The position numbers and the translations under genes were made by a program. 24,688 nt of DNA, taken from IMG/VR virus record IMGVR_UViG_3300048839_000498, positions 1-24,688 of that record; one strand, given 5' to 3'. Of this stretch, positions 16,734-24,688 are shown piece after piece. The notes under the pieces are model-generated. The model ran no database searches. It was given only the letters and a program-made list of their open reading frames with translations, and was not told the origin of the DNA. Origin of the DNA: a virus (taxonomy: Duplodnaviria; Caudoviricetes). Each line of letters opens with the position of its first letter. The stretch's first letter is position 1.

Positions 16734-17200
16734 TCTTCCGGTGCTCCTGTCTCTGGTTCATCAAACGGGCTGCGGTCTAGGGCGTCAAGTATCTGCGCCG
16801 TGGTGTAGCGCAGCTTGAGGCTGTCGATGCCATACTGTAGCGACTTCGGCACCGTCGTCGGCGTGCTCGGCGGAGGGTCTGCGGGTGCGGTGCCTGGGTA
16901 GTAGATCCAGCGACGCGGGCGCTGTCGGTTTGGCTTACCTACTGTATCTCCAGCCATCAGAGACCAGGTCCCATTAGGCTCCAGCCGGAACGTGCGGTAC
17001 TGGTCTATGTTGATCTCCGCGATTACTGGGCGGCCTACTTCGGGCAGGTCTGTTCGCCAGTCAGTGCCCACAGCCGCGCGGGCACGGGCGAGCGCGTGAA
17101 CGTGCTGTTCCCAGAGGCAAAAGTGGCCCTCTGGGTGCGGCTGTGCGCCGAACGTGAGTCGGTCTGGCGTGTCGGGCATGTATGGGGTTGCGTCGGTCAT
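16730..17200 (-). CDS. Hypothetical protein with DUF551-like segment
   Basis: WRTDLPEVGRPVIAEI...RRWIYYP pattern. Confidence 0.55.
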   Translation of the reverse strand: MTDATPYMPDTPDRLTFGAQPHPEGHFCLWEQHVHALARARAAVGTDWRTDLPEVGRPVIAEINIDQYRTFRLEPNGTWSLMAGDTVGKPNRQRPRRWIYYPGTAPADPPPSTPTTVPKSLQYGIDSLKLRYTTAQILDALDRSPFDEPETGAPEE

Positions 17201-17523
17201 GGCGTGGGCTCCTGGTAGGGGTTGAGTTCGGCAAAGGCGATAGGAGGATCGTGCTCACAGCAATCAGGATTACCACAGGTCCATTGCCCATCTTTCAGCC
17301 GGGTTAGTACGATGAGGTTATACGCGCAGCCTGTTGGTGTCCATTGCCAGCATAGTAGAGGTACTCCCTTCGGCGCATTCTCCACGTCCGTGCGCCACGG
17401 CCCGGCGGCGCAGGCGGCGAGTTGGGACTCAAGATCGTCTATCATATCTATGACATCCGAAATTGTGGCATAGGGCAAGTCTGCCGCACGGCTATTAAGA
17501 TCTGTTATGTCGTCGAAGATCAT
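17197..17523 (-). CDS. Hypothetical protein with DUF551-like segment
   Basis: WRTDVENAPKGVPLLCW...PIAFAEL pattern. Confidence 0.55.
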   Translation of the reverse strand: MIFDDITDLNSRAADLPYATISDVIDMIDDLESQLAACAAGPWRTDVENAPKGVPLLCWQWTPTGCAYNLIVLTRLKDGQWTCGNPDCCEHDPPIAFAELNPYQEPTP

Positions 17524-17798
17524 CCCAACAGCTCATCTATCGCCGCGTCCCGCTCCGCGAGCGCGGCGTTACGGTTGCGCAGGCTGGCAATGGCGACCCC
17601 ATGCGCACCAACAGACACGCTCTGCATGGTTTCTCCATCTAATGAACTCAGCCCCGTCACCGCCGCGAGGTACACGGCGTCGTAGTGCGCGCGGAGATCC
17701 TGCACCACAGCCTTACGGCACTCATGGCAGTACTTTATGTTCCACGACGCCGCACTGTGCTCGCGGCCACACATCTTGCATCGGACATCGAATCCCAT
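17520..17798 (-). CDS. Hypothetical zinc-finger protein
   Basis: MGFDVRCKMCG...KYCHECR; AAGGAG RBS. Confidence 0.6.
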   Translation of the reverse strand: MGFDVRCKMCGREHSAASWNIKYCHECRKAVVQDLRAHYDAVYLAAVTGLSSLDGETMQSVSVGAHGVAIASLRNRNAALAERDAAIDELLG

Positions 17799-18067
17799 CA
17801 CTTCTCTCCTTTCGGCACGAAGGCCGGGCAGGCGGGCCATGAGGTATATATCGGAATCCAGTCGTCTTTCGACACAACCCGCCTACACGCAGCCCAGTTG
17901 CATTTATCATGGATGACCGGGCCCCACGCGCACTCGCCACAGGTCTTGCCGTGAAAGGCTGACTCGCGCGCAGACATCGCTGCTACGCTTCGACAGTCCC
18001 AACACAGACCCGTACTGGCATCTACGCCACGATGACCGGCTGGCAACTTGCATCCTGAGCAGATCAT
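17798..18067 (-). CDS. Cys-rich hypothetical protein
   Basis: MICSGC...CWDC...CGECAW...WPACPAF. Confidence 0.55.
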   Translation of the reverse strand: MICSGCKLPAGHRGVDASTGLCWDCRSVAAMSARESAFHGKTCGECAWGPVIHDKCNWAACRRVVSKDDWIPIYTSWPACPAFVPKGEK

Positions 18068-19236
18068 CACACACCGCCTTTCGCGGCCTGCGCCTTGTCC
18101 CACAGCGCGTGGGCGAGGGTGATTGCGGCGTTCGGGGTGAAGGTGAGGCAGGTATGCGGTGGCAGCAAGAGAATGATGCCTCCATAATCATTGGTGTCCG
18201 CCACCACTTTCAGATACTTGCCTTCTGCCTTCACCTCCACCGGCCCGGCGTCCGGCATGCGCACGTGCCAGCGAATGTGCCCACCACTATAAGTTACTTT
18301 TCCAACCTCGCACCTCGGCTCCAGCGCCATGAGCACGGCGCGGATGGCGGCAAGCCAAGAAAAGCGGATAATTTCCTTTCGCGATATATGTGGAAACTCT
18401 GCGCCGTTCGGGTGGCAACATTCATAATGCTCTGCGTTGTATGCTTTCTGTGCTATCTGTGCTATCTCCGCCAGCCGCTCCAGCTTCGGTGCGTCGGCGG
18501 GTTCGGAAAACTCAGCTTCATCCGGGACGCCCACGTATTTCTGCGTCCATTCCGCTGCTGCGATGTGCGCGAAGGCCGCGCGGGCCTCGATACGAAATGT
18601 CTCTTTATCTAGCTGGTTCGCGTCTAACTTGCAGTAGTCCGCATAGACTTGTCGCAGATGCACTGCCAGCGCCTCCACCTGGGCGTCAGTTGGCTGCGCG
18701 GGGTCCACCGGCGCGGCAAGGTACGGCGCGAGGTAAGACAGCACTGAACGACCAGCATCCACAGGGGTTCGATTGCCCTCGATTACGCCCGCCAACTCCT
18801 CCGCGCTCGGCACGCCCGGCGGCACGTCGATAACGGCGCGGGCGGCGAGGTAGTCCATGAGTACGCGTAAGCATTTCAACCCATCACCGCCAAGATCTGC
18901 GCCATTGAAGACGTTTGCCGCCTCTTTTTCCGTGCAGTCAAACCGCACCTTCACCGGCGCGGTGCGGGTGGCGGCAAGCTCCGCCCGCGCGGCGTCGCGT
19001 TCGGCCTTCAACCCCCGCACGGCATCCGCGAGGCTCGCGGTGCCGTCGATACCAAGCAGCACGCGCGCTTGGTGGATATCGTTATCCACCTCCGGCTGCG
19101 GCAGTTCAAACTCCGCCGCGCGCCGCCAGCGGTCACGGACTACCTGTTTAAGCTCCGCCCAGGGGATGCACTCACCGGCCTCCGTGCCGAGGTATTCGAG
19201 GCGCAACTGCTGCGCGCGTTCGTCGATCCTATCCAT
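18067..19236 (-). CDS. Modular hypothetical protein (389 aa)
   Basis: Long ORF with AAGGA RBS; repeated helical modules. Confidence 0.7.
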   Translation of the reverse strand: MDRIDERAQQLRLEYLGTEAGECIPWAELKQVVRDRWRRAAEFELPQPEVDNDIHQARVLLGIDGTASLADAVRGLKAERDAARAELAATRTAPVKVRFDCTEKEAANVFNGADLGGDGLKCLRVLMDYLAARAVIDVPPGVPSAEELAGVIEGNRTPVDAGRSVLSYLAPYLAAPVDPAQPTDAQVEALAVHLRQVYADYCKLDANQLDKETFRIEARAAFAHIAAAEWTQKYVGVPDEAEFSEPADAPKLERLAEIAQIAQKAYNAEHYECCHPNGAEFPHISRKEIIRFSWLAAIRAVLMALEPRCEVGKVTYSGGHIRWHVRMPDAGPVEVKAEGKYLKVVADTNDYGGIILLLPPHTCLTFTPNAAITLAHALWDKAQAAKGGV

Positions 19237-19594
19237 GTTCGATGTCCTTTCTGAATGCGGCGACTGCCGCGCTTACGTTAGGCTGTTCGCGCAGCACGCC
19301 GGCGAATCCGCCGTGCCGTTTAACAGCGTCAATAAAGTTTTGTTGCACCGCTGATACGCGTCCCCGCGCGGCCTTCGTCTCGCAGGCTGTAAACACGCCC
19401 AAGGTACGGCCCACGTCGCCGGGCTGTACCACGTATTCAGTGATACCGATGAGATCGCTACTGCCGGGCGCGAGGCCGAACCGGATGAACCGCCCGTCCA
19501 TCGTAGTCGCGGTGCCGACGTTGTTCCGCAGCAGCCACAGGCCGTGCCGGTGCGCCTCCAGCATGGCGCGTTTCATGAAGGCGGTTTCGGTCAT
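19229..19594 (-). CDS. VRR-NUC domain nuclease
   Basis: LLRNNVG, GSSDLIG, ACETK and QQNFIDAV...GGFAGV (PD-(D/E)xK fold); ATG at 19592-19594 overlaps the MTase stop. Confidence 0.88.
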   Translation of the reverse strand: MTETAFMKRAMLEAHRHGLWLLRNNVGTATTMDGRFIRFGLAPGSSDLIGITEYVVQPGDVGRTLGVFTACETKAARGRVSAVQQNFIDAVKRHGGFAGVLREQPNVSAAVAAFRKDIEHG

Positions 19595-20355
19595 GCTAAA
19601 AGTTCCCATGCGAGTCTTGCCACTCCCGGAACCTGGCCATTACCAATGGCTGCGTTACGTTTGTCCAGTTCAGTGGCCAACCCATCAACCATTCTCGGAA
19701 TATTGTGGACTTGCTCAGGTCTTGACGGCCAAGCTGAATCAGAAATTGCTTTAGGTCTGTATTTCTTTTTACTCCGTTCACGTACGGCGCCGCCCCATTC
19801 CAAATTGCCCCGTTTAATTTTCCGTACGCTTCTATTTTCGTCGGCGTCGGCCACAATCCAGATACGGTCCCGTTTGTGCGGGGCACCAACGTCGCAAGCG
19901 CCGATAACGCCCCATCGCGCATCATACCCCAGCGCGGCAAGGTCGGCGAGGACAACATCGAGTCCTCGGGAAACAAGCAGGGGTGAATTCTCCACGAAGA
20001 CGTAGCGCGGTCGAACCTCGCTGATAACGCGGGCCATGTGAGACCATAGCCCGCTTCGGGCGCCGGTGATTCCGGCGCCTTTTCCGGCTGAGGAAATATC
20101 CTGGCAGGGGAAGCCGCCACTGATAACGTCAACCCTTCCGCGCCATGGTGTTCCGTCGAATGTGGTGATGTCGTCCCATATGGGGAACCTGGGCAGTATG
20201 CCGTCTCGCTGTCTGGCAAGCAATACCCGCCGAGGGTAGTCTTCGATTTCGACGGCGCAAACACAGCGCCATCCCAATAGATGTCCGCCGAGGATACCGC
20301 CTCCTGCCCCTGCAAATAGTGCCAGCTCACGTAGTGATTCTCCTTGGTCGGTCAT
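19591..20355 (-). CDS. DNA cytosine-C5 methyltransferase, catalytic (alpha-like) chain lacking motif IX
   Basis: Motif I LFAGAGG, IV GFPCQ, VI ENS, VIII HKRDRIWIVA, X IGNGQV. Confidence 0.92.
   Translation of the reverse strand: MTDQGESLRELALFAGAGGGILGGHLLGWRCVCAVEIEDYPRRVLLARQRDGILPRFPIWDDITTFDGTPWRGRVDVISGGFPCQDISSAGKGAGITGARSGLWSHMARVISEVRPRYVFVENSPLLVSRGLDVVLADLAALGYDARWGVIGACDVGAPHKRDRIWIVADADENRSVRKIKRGNLEWGGAVRERSKKKYRPKAISDSAWPSRPEQVHNIPRMVDGLATELDKRNAAIGNGQVPGVARLAWELLA
19596..20330 (-). CDS. Nested alternative-frame ORF, putative MTase beta chain carrying motif IX
   Basis: 244 aa open frame; own AAGGAG SD upstream of the GTG; contains LWPTP and FREWLMGWPLNWT. Confidence 0.65.
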   Translation of the reverse strand: MSWHYLQGQEAVSSADIYWDGAVFAPSKSKTTLGGYCLPDSETAYCPGSPYGTTSPHSTEHHGAEGLTLSVAASPARIFPQPEKAPESPAPEAGYGLTWPALSARFDRATSSWRIHPCLFPEDSMLSSPTLPRWGMMRDGALSALATLVPRTNGTVSGLWPTPTKIEAYGKLNGAIWNGAAPYVNGVKRNTDLKQFLIQLGRQDLSKSTIFREWLMGWPLNWTNVTQPLVMARFREWQDSHGNF

Positions 20356-20528
20356 GCCGTTACTCCCAGCGCGGCGTTATGCGCGGCGGTTATCTGTGCC
20401 GCGACGTGCTCGCGGAACGGCCCGGCGATGATGTTATTCTCCGCGTCCCGCACGAAATACCACTCCATGGGCGGCGCGGTGTCGAGGTGAATATCAGCGC
20501 GCACGATGTGCCAGAGGTGAGGGGTCAT
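20352..20528 (-). CDS. Hypothetical protein (58 aa, not in ORF track)
   Basis: MTPHLWHIVRADIHLDTAPPMEWYFVRDAENNIIAGPF...; ATGA overlaps at both ends. Confidence 0.6.
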   Translation of the reverse strand: MTPHLWHIVRADIHLDTAPPMEWYFVRDAENNIIAGPFREHVAAQITAAHNAALGVTA

Positions 20529-20716
20529 GCTTCAATCTCCACGCAAAATGCGGTACCGCCCCAAATATCGACACGTTCACCGGTATCACAATATTTAAAT
20601 CTTACTTCGCCGCGCCTGCTTCGGTAACAAAATACTATTCGTCCGTCTACTACATATAACCCAATAGGTGGTGTTTCGCACAGGCTGGTACTGTCTTCGC
20701 TCACCCTGATATTCAT
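20525..20716 (-). CDS. Hypothetical protein (63 aa, AT-richer)
   Basis: ATGA overlaps; AGGAG RBS. Confidence 0.55.
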   Translation of the reverse strand: MNIRVSEDSTSLCETPPIGLYVVDGRIVFCYRSRRGEVRFKYCDTGERVDIWGGTAFCVEIEA

Positions 20717-22092
20717 GCCGTCGCTCCTGTTACTCGTTTCTGTTTAGCCTGCCAGCGGTGCCAAGCCCAGCCGGGCTTATACCCGCGCGCCTCCGCTATG
20801 GCCTGAAAATCTTCAAGCGAATTTGCTTTCCATTCGTCTACCTGCGCCGCGCGGTGTACGGGCTTCACCGCGCCCCACTGGGCGTCCAGCAGCGTTAGCT
20901 GCCCATCCATCTCTTCGATCTCGCGCTGCCGAATCGGGTACACATACCCGCAGAACGGGCACACCGGGAGCGGGACGTGTACGCCGCAGCACTGGGCGCA
21001 CACGCGCACGCTCACCACGTCGACCTCGGCTTCCTTCTTCGTGCGCTTCGCGGATACCAGACTCCATTCACGCGGCGTCTCCGGCACCCCGTGTTTCAGC
21101 GCGTTTCCTACGTGGTCCAAGAGCACCGCGTGCTGCTTGCCCGGCGCCGCGCGCAGGATACGCCCCATCTGTTGCATCCATAGGCCCATGGACTGCGTTG
21201 GCCGCAGGAATATTCCGCACTCCACCACGGGCACGTCAACGCCCTCGGATATCAGGTCGCACGTCGTTAGTACCTGTAACGCGCCATTGCCGAGCGCCGA
21301 TATGAGCGCGCGGCGTTCCGCGTTCGTTTTAGTGCCGTCGATCTGCGCCGCGCGGTATCCGGCGGTGTTGAACCGTTCGGCCCACGCATCGGCGTCCGCC
21401 CGTGAGATACAGAAACAGATCGCGGGCTTGCCATCCGCGTGTTGCCGGTAGTGGGCGATAACGTCACCGACGCGGACGGATTTTTCGCGGCGTTCCAGCG
21501 CCTCGGCTGCGATGAAGTCGCCCGCCTGAACGTGCAGCCCCGCGCGGTTGAACCCGGCAAAACTATACGTGCGCGCCGGGGCGAGGAACCCGCGCGCGGT
21601 GAGATCTGTTACCGACGGCCCTAGTATCAGGTCATCAAATCCGGCCTCGGCAAGCCCGGTGCCGTCGGTGCGGCAAGGTGTCGCGGTCACGCCCAGGCGG
21701 TACGCGTCCGGGTAGGCGGCGGTAATTTTGCGCCACGTCGTAGCCGTCGTATGGTGTGCCTCGTCAATGATGAGTAGATCGAACTGATATCGGTCCATCC
21801 GGTTTACCAGGGTCTGCACGCTGCACACCTGTACCCGCGCGTGCCGGTTCGGCGTCTGGCCCGATAACACGACGCCGTGCGGCGTGTCACCGAGGGCGCG
21901 GCACGTCTGGTCTATGAGTTCGCGCCGGTGCATCAGGATACCGACGCGGAGCGGGGTATGCGCCGCGATGTGGCAAAACAAAACCGTCTTGCCGCCGCCG
22001 GTTGGCAGGACGTAAAGCGGTGCTCTACGCCCTGCCGCCCAAGCGCGGTTAATTCCGGCGATGCCAGCGATCTGGTAGTCGCGCAGTGGCAT
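20713..22092 (-). CDS. SF2 DEAD/DEAH-box helicase with C-terminal zinc finger
   Basis: LRDYQ, PTGGGKT, IIDEAHH, TATP, SEGVDVP, QQMGRILR, CAQC...CPFCG. Confidence 0.95.
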   Translation of the reverse strand: MPLRDYQIAGIAGINRAWAAGRRAPLYVLPTGGGKTVLFCHIAAHTPLRVGILMHRRELIDQTCRALGDTPHGVVLSGQTPNRHARVQVCSVQTLVNRMDRYQFDLLIIDEAHHTTATTWRKITAAYPDAYRLGVTATPCRTDGTGLAEAGFDDLILGPSVTDLTARGFLAPARTYSFAGFNRAGLHVQAGDFIAAEALERREKSVRVGDVIAHYRQHADGKPAICFCISRADADAWAERFNTAGYRAAQIDGTKTNAERRALISALGNGALQVLTTCDLISEGVDVPVVECGIFLRPTQSMGLWMQQMGRILRAAPGKQHAVLLDHVGNALKHGVPETPREWSLVSAKRTKKEAEVDVVSVRVCAQCCGVHVPLPVCPFCGYVYPIRQREIEEMDGQLTLLDAQWGAVKPVHRAAQVDEWKANSLEDFQAIAEARGYKPGWAWHRWQAKQKRVTGATA

Positions 22093-22093
22093 G

Positions 22094-22570
22094 CTAGAAC
22101 GGTATCGCCGGTGCGGCGGTCGTGCCGGATATCGTGGCCTGTGCTGGCGTGGTGGCGGGTGCTGGCGCGCTGTCCGGCACGCCGTTCAGGAACGTGTAAC
22201 TGCGGTCGTTGTACGTGCTCACTGCGATGTTCACCGCGCGTCCCGCGAGTTCAGGAAGGCGCCGCACGCAGCCACTGAAGTTCGGCTCGATGATGCCCAT
22301 GAGTTCGAGGTGTCCCTTCGTCTTTCCGAGCTTCTTCGGGTCGAGGCCGTCGTTCATCCAAGTCTTGCGCCCGTCGCAGTCGCCGCCGATGACGCGGAAT
22401 TCCCACTCCATCCTGGGCGAGCCGTCCTTCCACGCGCCCATTTTCACGCTCACGATTTCGGCGGCATATTTGCCGTCCGGCACGGGCTCGCTGGAGGTAG
22501 GCGCCTCACTGGGCGTCGTGCCCCACATCGCGTCGAAGTCATCGTAGTCAGTGTAATCTGTTTCAGCCAT
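22094..22570 (-). CDS. DUF669-like phage single-stranded DNA-binding protein
   Basis: EPVPDGKYAAEIVSV...MEWEFRVIGG..GRKTW, C-terminal IPF; ATG at 22568-22570 with GGAG RBS. Confidence 0.75.
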   Translation of the reverse strand: MAETDYTDYDDFDAMWGTTPSEAPTSSEPVPDGKYAAEIVSVKMGAWKDGSPRMEWEFRVIGGDCDGRKTWMNDGLDPKKLGKTKGHLELMGIIEPNFSGCVRRLPELAGRAVNIAVSTYNDRSYTFLNGVPDSAPAPATTPAQATISGTTAAPAIPF

Positions 22571-22718
22571 TGGTAGTCTCCGTGTTTGTTTCAAGTGTTT
22601 CGAGTTCGCGTGTGCTTACTCGTATCTGAGCATCATCGGCGGCGCGCTCGCGGCCCTGCGGCCAAATCGCGCCGTAGTAGTAGGTCCGGCCCGCGCGGGT
22701 GAAGGTATCGAATATCAT
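22563..22718 (-). CDS. Hypothetical protein (51 aa, not in ORF track)
   Basis: MIFDTFTRAGRTYYYGAIWPQGRERAA...; ATGA overlap with the ATPase stop. Confidence 0.45.
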   Translation of the reverse strand: MIFDTFTRAGRTYYYGAIWPQGRERAADDAQIRVSTRELETLETNTETTNG

Positions 22719-24516
22719 CCCTGTATCTCCCGATACGTCCCGGCGTCCACCAGCACCACGCGCATCGGCGTGAGCGCCTGTGCCATCGCGCGGTAGTATT
22801 CCGGCCCTATGTTGTTGGGTGTCCCCGCGAGGATAACCGTACCCGTCGCGGCCTCGCGCAGGCGGAGGCAGAGCGCGCCGCGCTGTATCGGGTCCAGTTC
22901 GTTGGTTTCGTCGAGTAGTACCGGCGCGCCGCAGTCCGCGAACGCGGTGGCAAACGCGAACGCGACGCGCGCCCGCTCCCCGGCGGAGGCGAGGTCCAAC
23001 CGCCTACCACGGTAGAGTAGCTGAAATATCTTGCCGTCCGGCTTAATATCCAAGCCGCCGCCGCAGTACTGGTTCACCCGCGCGACTATAGGCGCGGCGG
23101 CCTCGGCTAGTAGTTCGCGGTAGGCTACGCCGTCGTGGAATTCACGGACGCCGAACGCGACGTGTGAAAGTTCCTCCGTGAGCGCGGCGACCATCGTTTT
23201 ACATTCCGCCAGCTCGCGGTGCTGTTCCAGTATCGAAAGCTGCGTGTTAATGAACTGAATATCAACTAGCAGCTTATCTAGTTGCTGTTCCACCTCAGCC
23301 AGCGGCGGGCCATCGTAGGGCGGCGGCATCCGGCGCGCGGCTTCCAGTTCGGCGGTGGCCGCTGTGAGCCGTTCCGCCGTGCCGGGTGGCGGCGGCGTGA
23401 GTTCGCGCAACGCCGCACGTGCCGCGTTCGCCTCGGCAAGCGCGGCCTCCTGTAACGCCTCTGCTGCTGTAACGGCTTCGGCACACGCGGCCACACGTTC
23501 AGCCACGTATTCCTCGCGTTTCGCTTTCGTGAATTTGCCGCCGCACGTCGGGCACGTTTTTGGCGCATCGGCCCGCGCCGCGTCCATCCCGTCCGCCGCC
23601 GCGCGCGCGGCCTCGTTCGCCGCGTTCATTTTCTCTTCAGTTTCGGCCACCGCGCGCTGTGCCGCCGCGTAGGCTTCGGCTTCCGCATGTGCTAGCTGCG
23701 CCGCTTTATGCTCGGCTTCCAGTTCTGAGAGCGGCAGTACGTTCACCGGCGCGGCCTCGGCCCGGCCTTTCTGCACGTAGAGTTCCCGCTGCGTATCGAG
23801 TAGCGCGGTCACCTGCTGCCGCAGGCGCGGCATATCGTCAACTGTAACGCCGGGGACGGGTTTCAGAAATCCGTACTCCGCGATCTTCGCGTTGGCGAAT
23901 TTCAGATCGCGGTTGATTTCCGTGCGCCGGTCGTAGCAGACGCGGCCTAGGCTCTCGAAGCCTACCACGTCGCCCAGTGCGATATGCCGCCGTCCCGCGA
24001 GCGTCACGAGGTACTGCCGGTGCTCCGGTGTTATCCGGTCATCCAGCGCCCGCGCCGTGAGCGCGCCGCCCAAGTAGCTGGACAGGATATCCGAAAATTC
24101 TTTGCCGGCAACAATGCGGGCGGGGAACATGCACACCAGCGCGTGCCGCTGGTTGATGCCGAACGCGGCCCACAGCGCCGACGGTGACGCGATATCCTCG
24201 CGCACTTCGCCGGTGTCGATTTCGGTTAATAGCCACTCGCGTTTTTTGCCCAGCGTAAGGCTGATACGGTAGGCCGTGCCGCCGTGGCTGAATTCGAGTT
24301 CCACTACGGCCTGCGCCGCGCCGTCGCGTATCAGGTCGGCATAGCCCGCGCCGCGCGCGTCGGTGTGTTGGCACCAGCCCATGAGCGCAAGCTGGATGGC
24401 TTCGTGGATAGTTGATTTGCCCGCGCCGTTGAGCCCGATGAAGAACATAGAGTCGTGCAAGCAGAGTTCGGCGTACTCAACGTCTTTTAAATTCTGGAGG
24501 GTGAGGCGGTGGAGTT

Positions 24517-24520
<4 letters not shown>
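22715..24520 (-). CDS. Rad50/SbcC-like SMC-family ATPase
   Basis: Start MKLHRLTLQN (AAAGGAG RBS), Walker A GLNGAGKS, coiled coil with CPTCG zinc hook, signature ASAGE, Walker B VLLDE. Confidence 0.88.

Positions 24521-24688
<168 letters not shown>

Noticed and set aside
13455-19236. Diversity-generating retroelement explaining the variable patches
   Set aside because: No reverse transcriptase and no ~100 bp TR/VR pair differing at adenines was seen in the window
19229-20355. Type II restriction-modification pair (C5 MTase plus nuclease)
   Set aside because: The nuclease is a small VRR-NUC protein, routinely found in phage replication modules with SF2 helicases; adjacency alone is not evidence

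Overview
This window is a 24.7 kb piece of a GC-rich tailed phage or prophage, probably siphovirus-like with an SPP1-type head module. Essentially every real gene is on the minus strand, mostly coupled by ATGA/GTGA overlaps. In transcription order (right to left) the early region holds an Ala-repeat gene end, a Rad50/SbcC-like ATPase, a DUF669-like ssDNA-binding protein, an SF2 helicase, a C5 DNA methyltransferase with a nested second-frame ORF and a VRR-NUC nuclease. About 6 kb of small accessory genes follow (including a DarG-like macrodomain, an XRE HTH and a MazG-like protein), then an N6A/N4C methyltransferase and a prim-pol/SF3 primase-helicase. Next come an AT-rich, repeat-bearing putative origin and an HTH gene carrying a copy of the primase C-terminal domain. 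The late region contains terS, terL, portal, minor head protein, a Zn-ribbon regulator, scaffold, major capsid, decoration-like and neck/tail-completion genes. No integrase, lysis, tRNA or CRISPR features were seen. The three best leads are: (1) a possible origin/promoter control circuit built from a duplicated origin-binding domain; (2) a two-frame, probably heterodimeric C5 methyltransferase; (3) an RBS-sequestering hairpin plus an internal promoter in front of the scaffold/capsid genes. All family assignments are from motif recognition by eye, not database searches.
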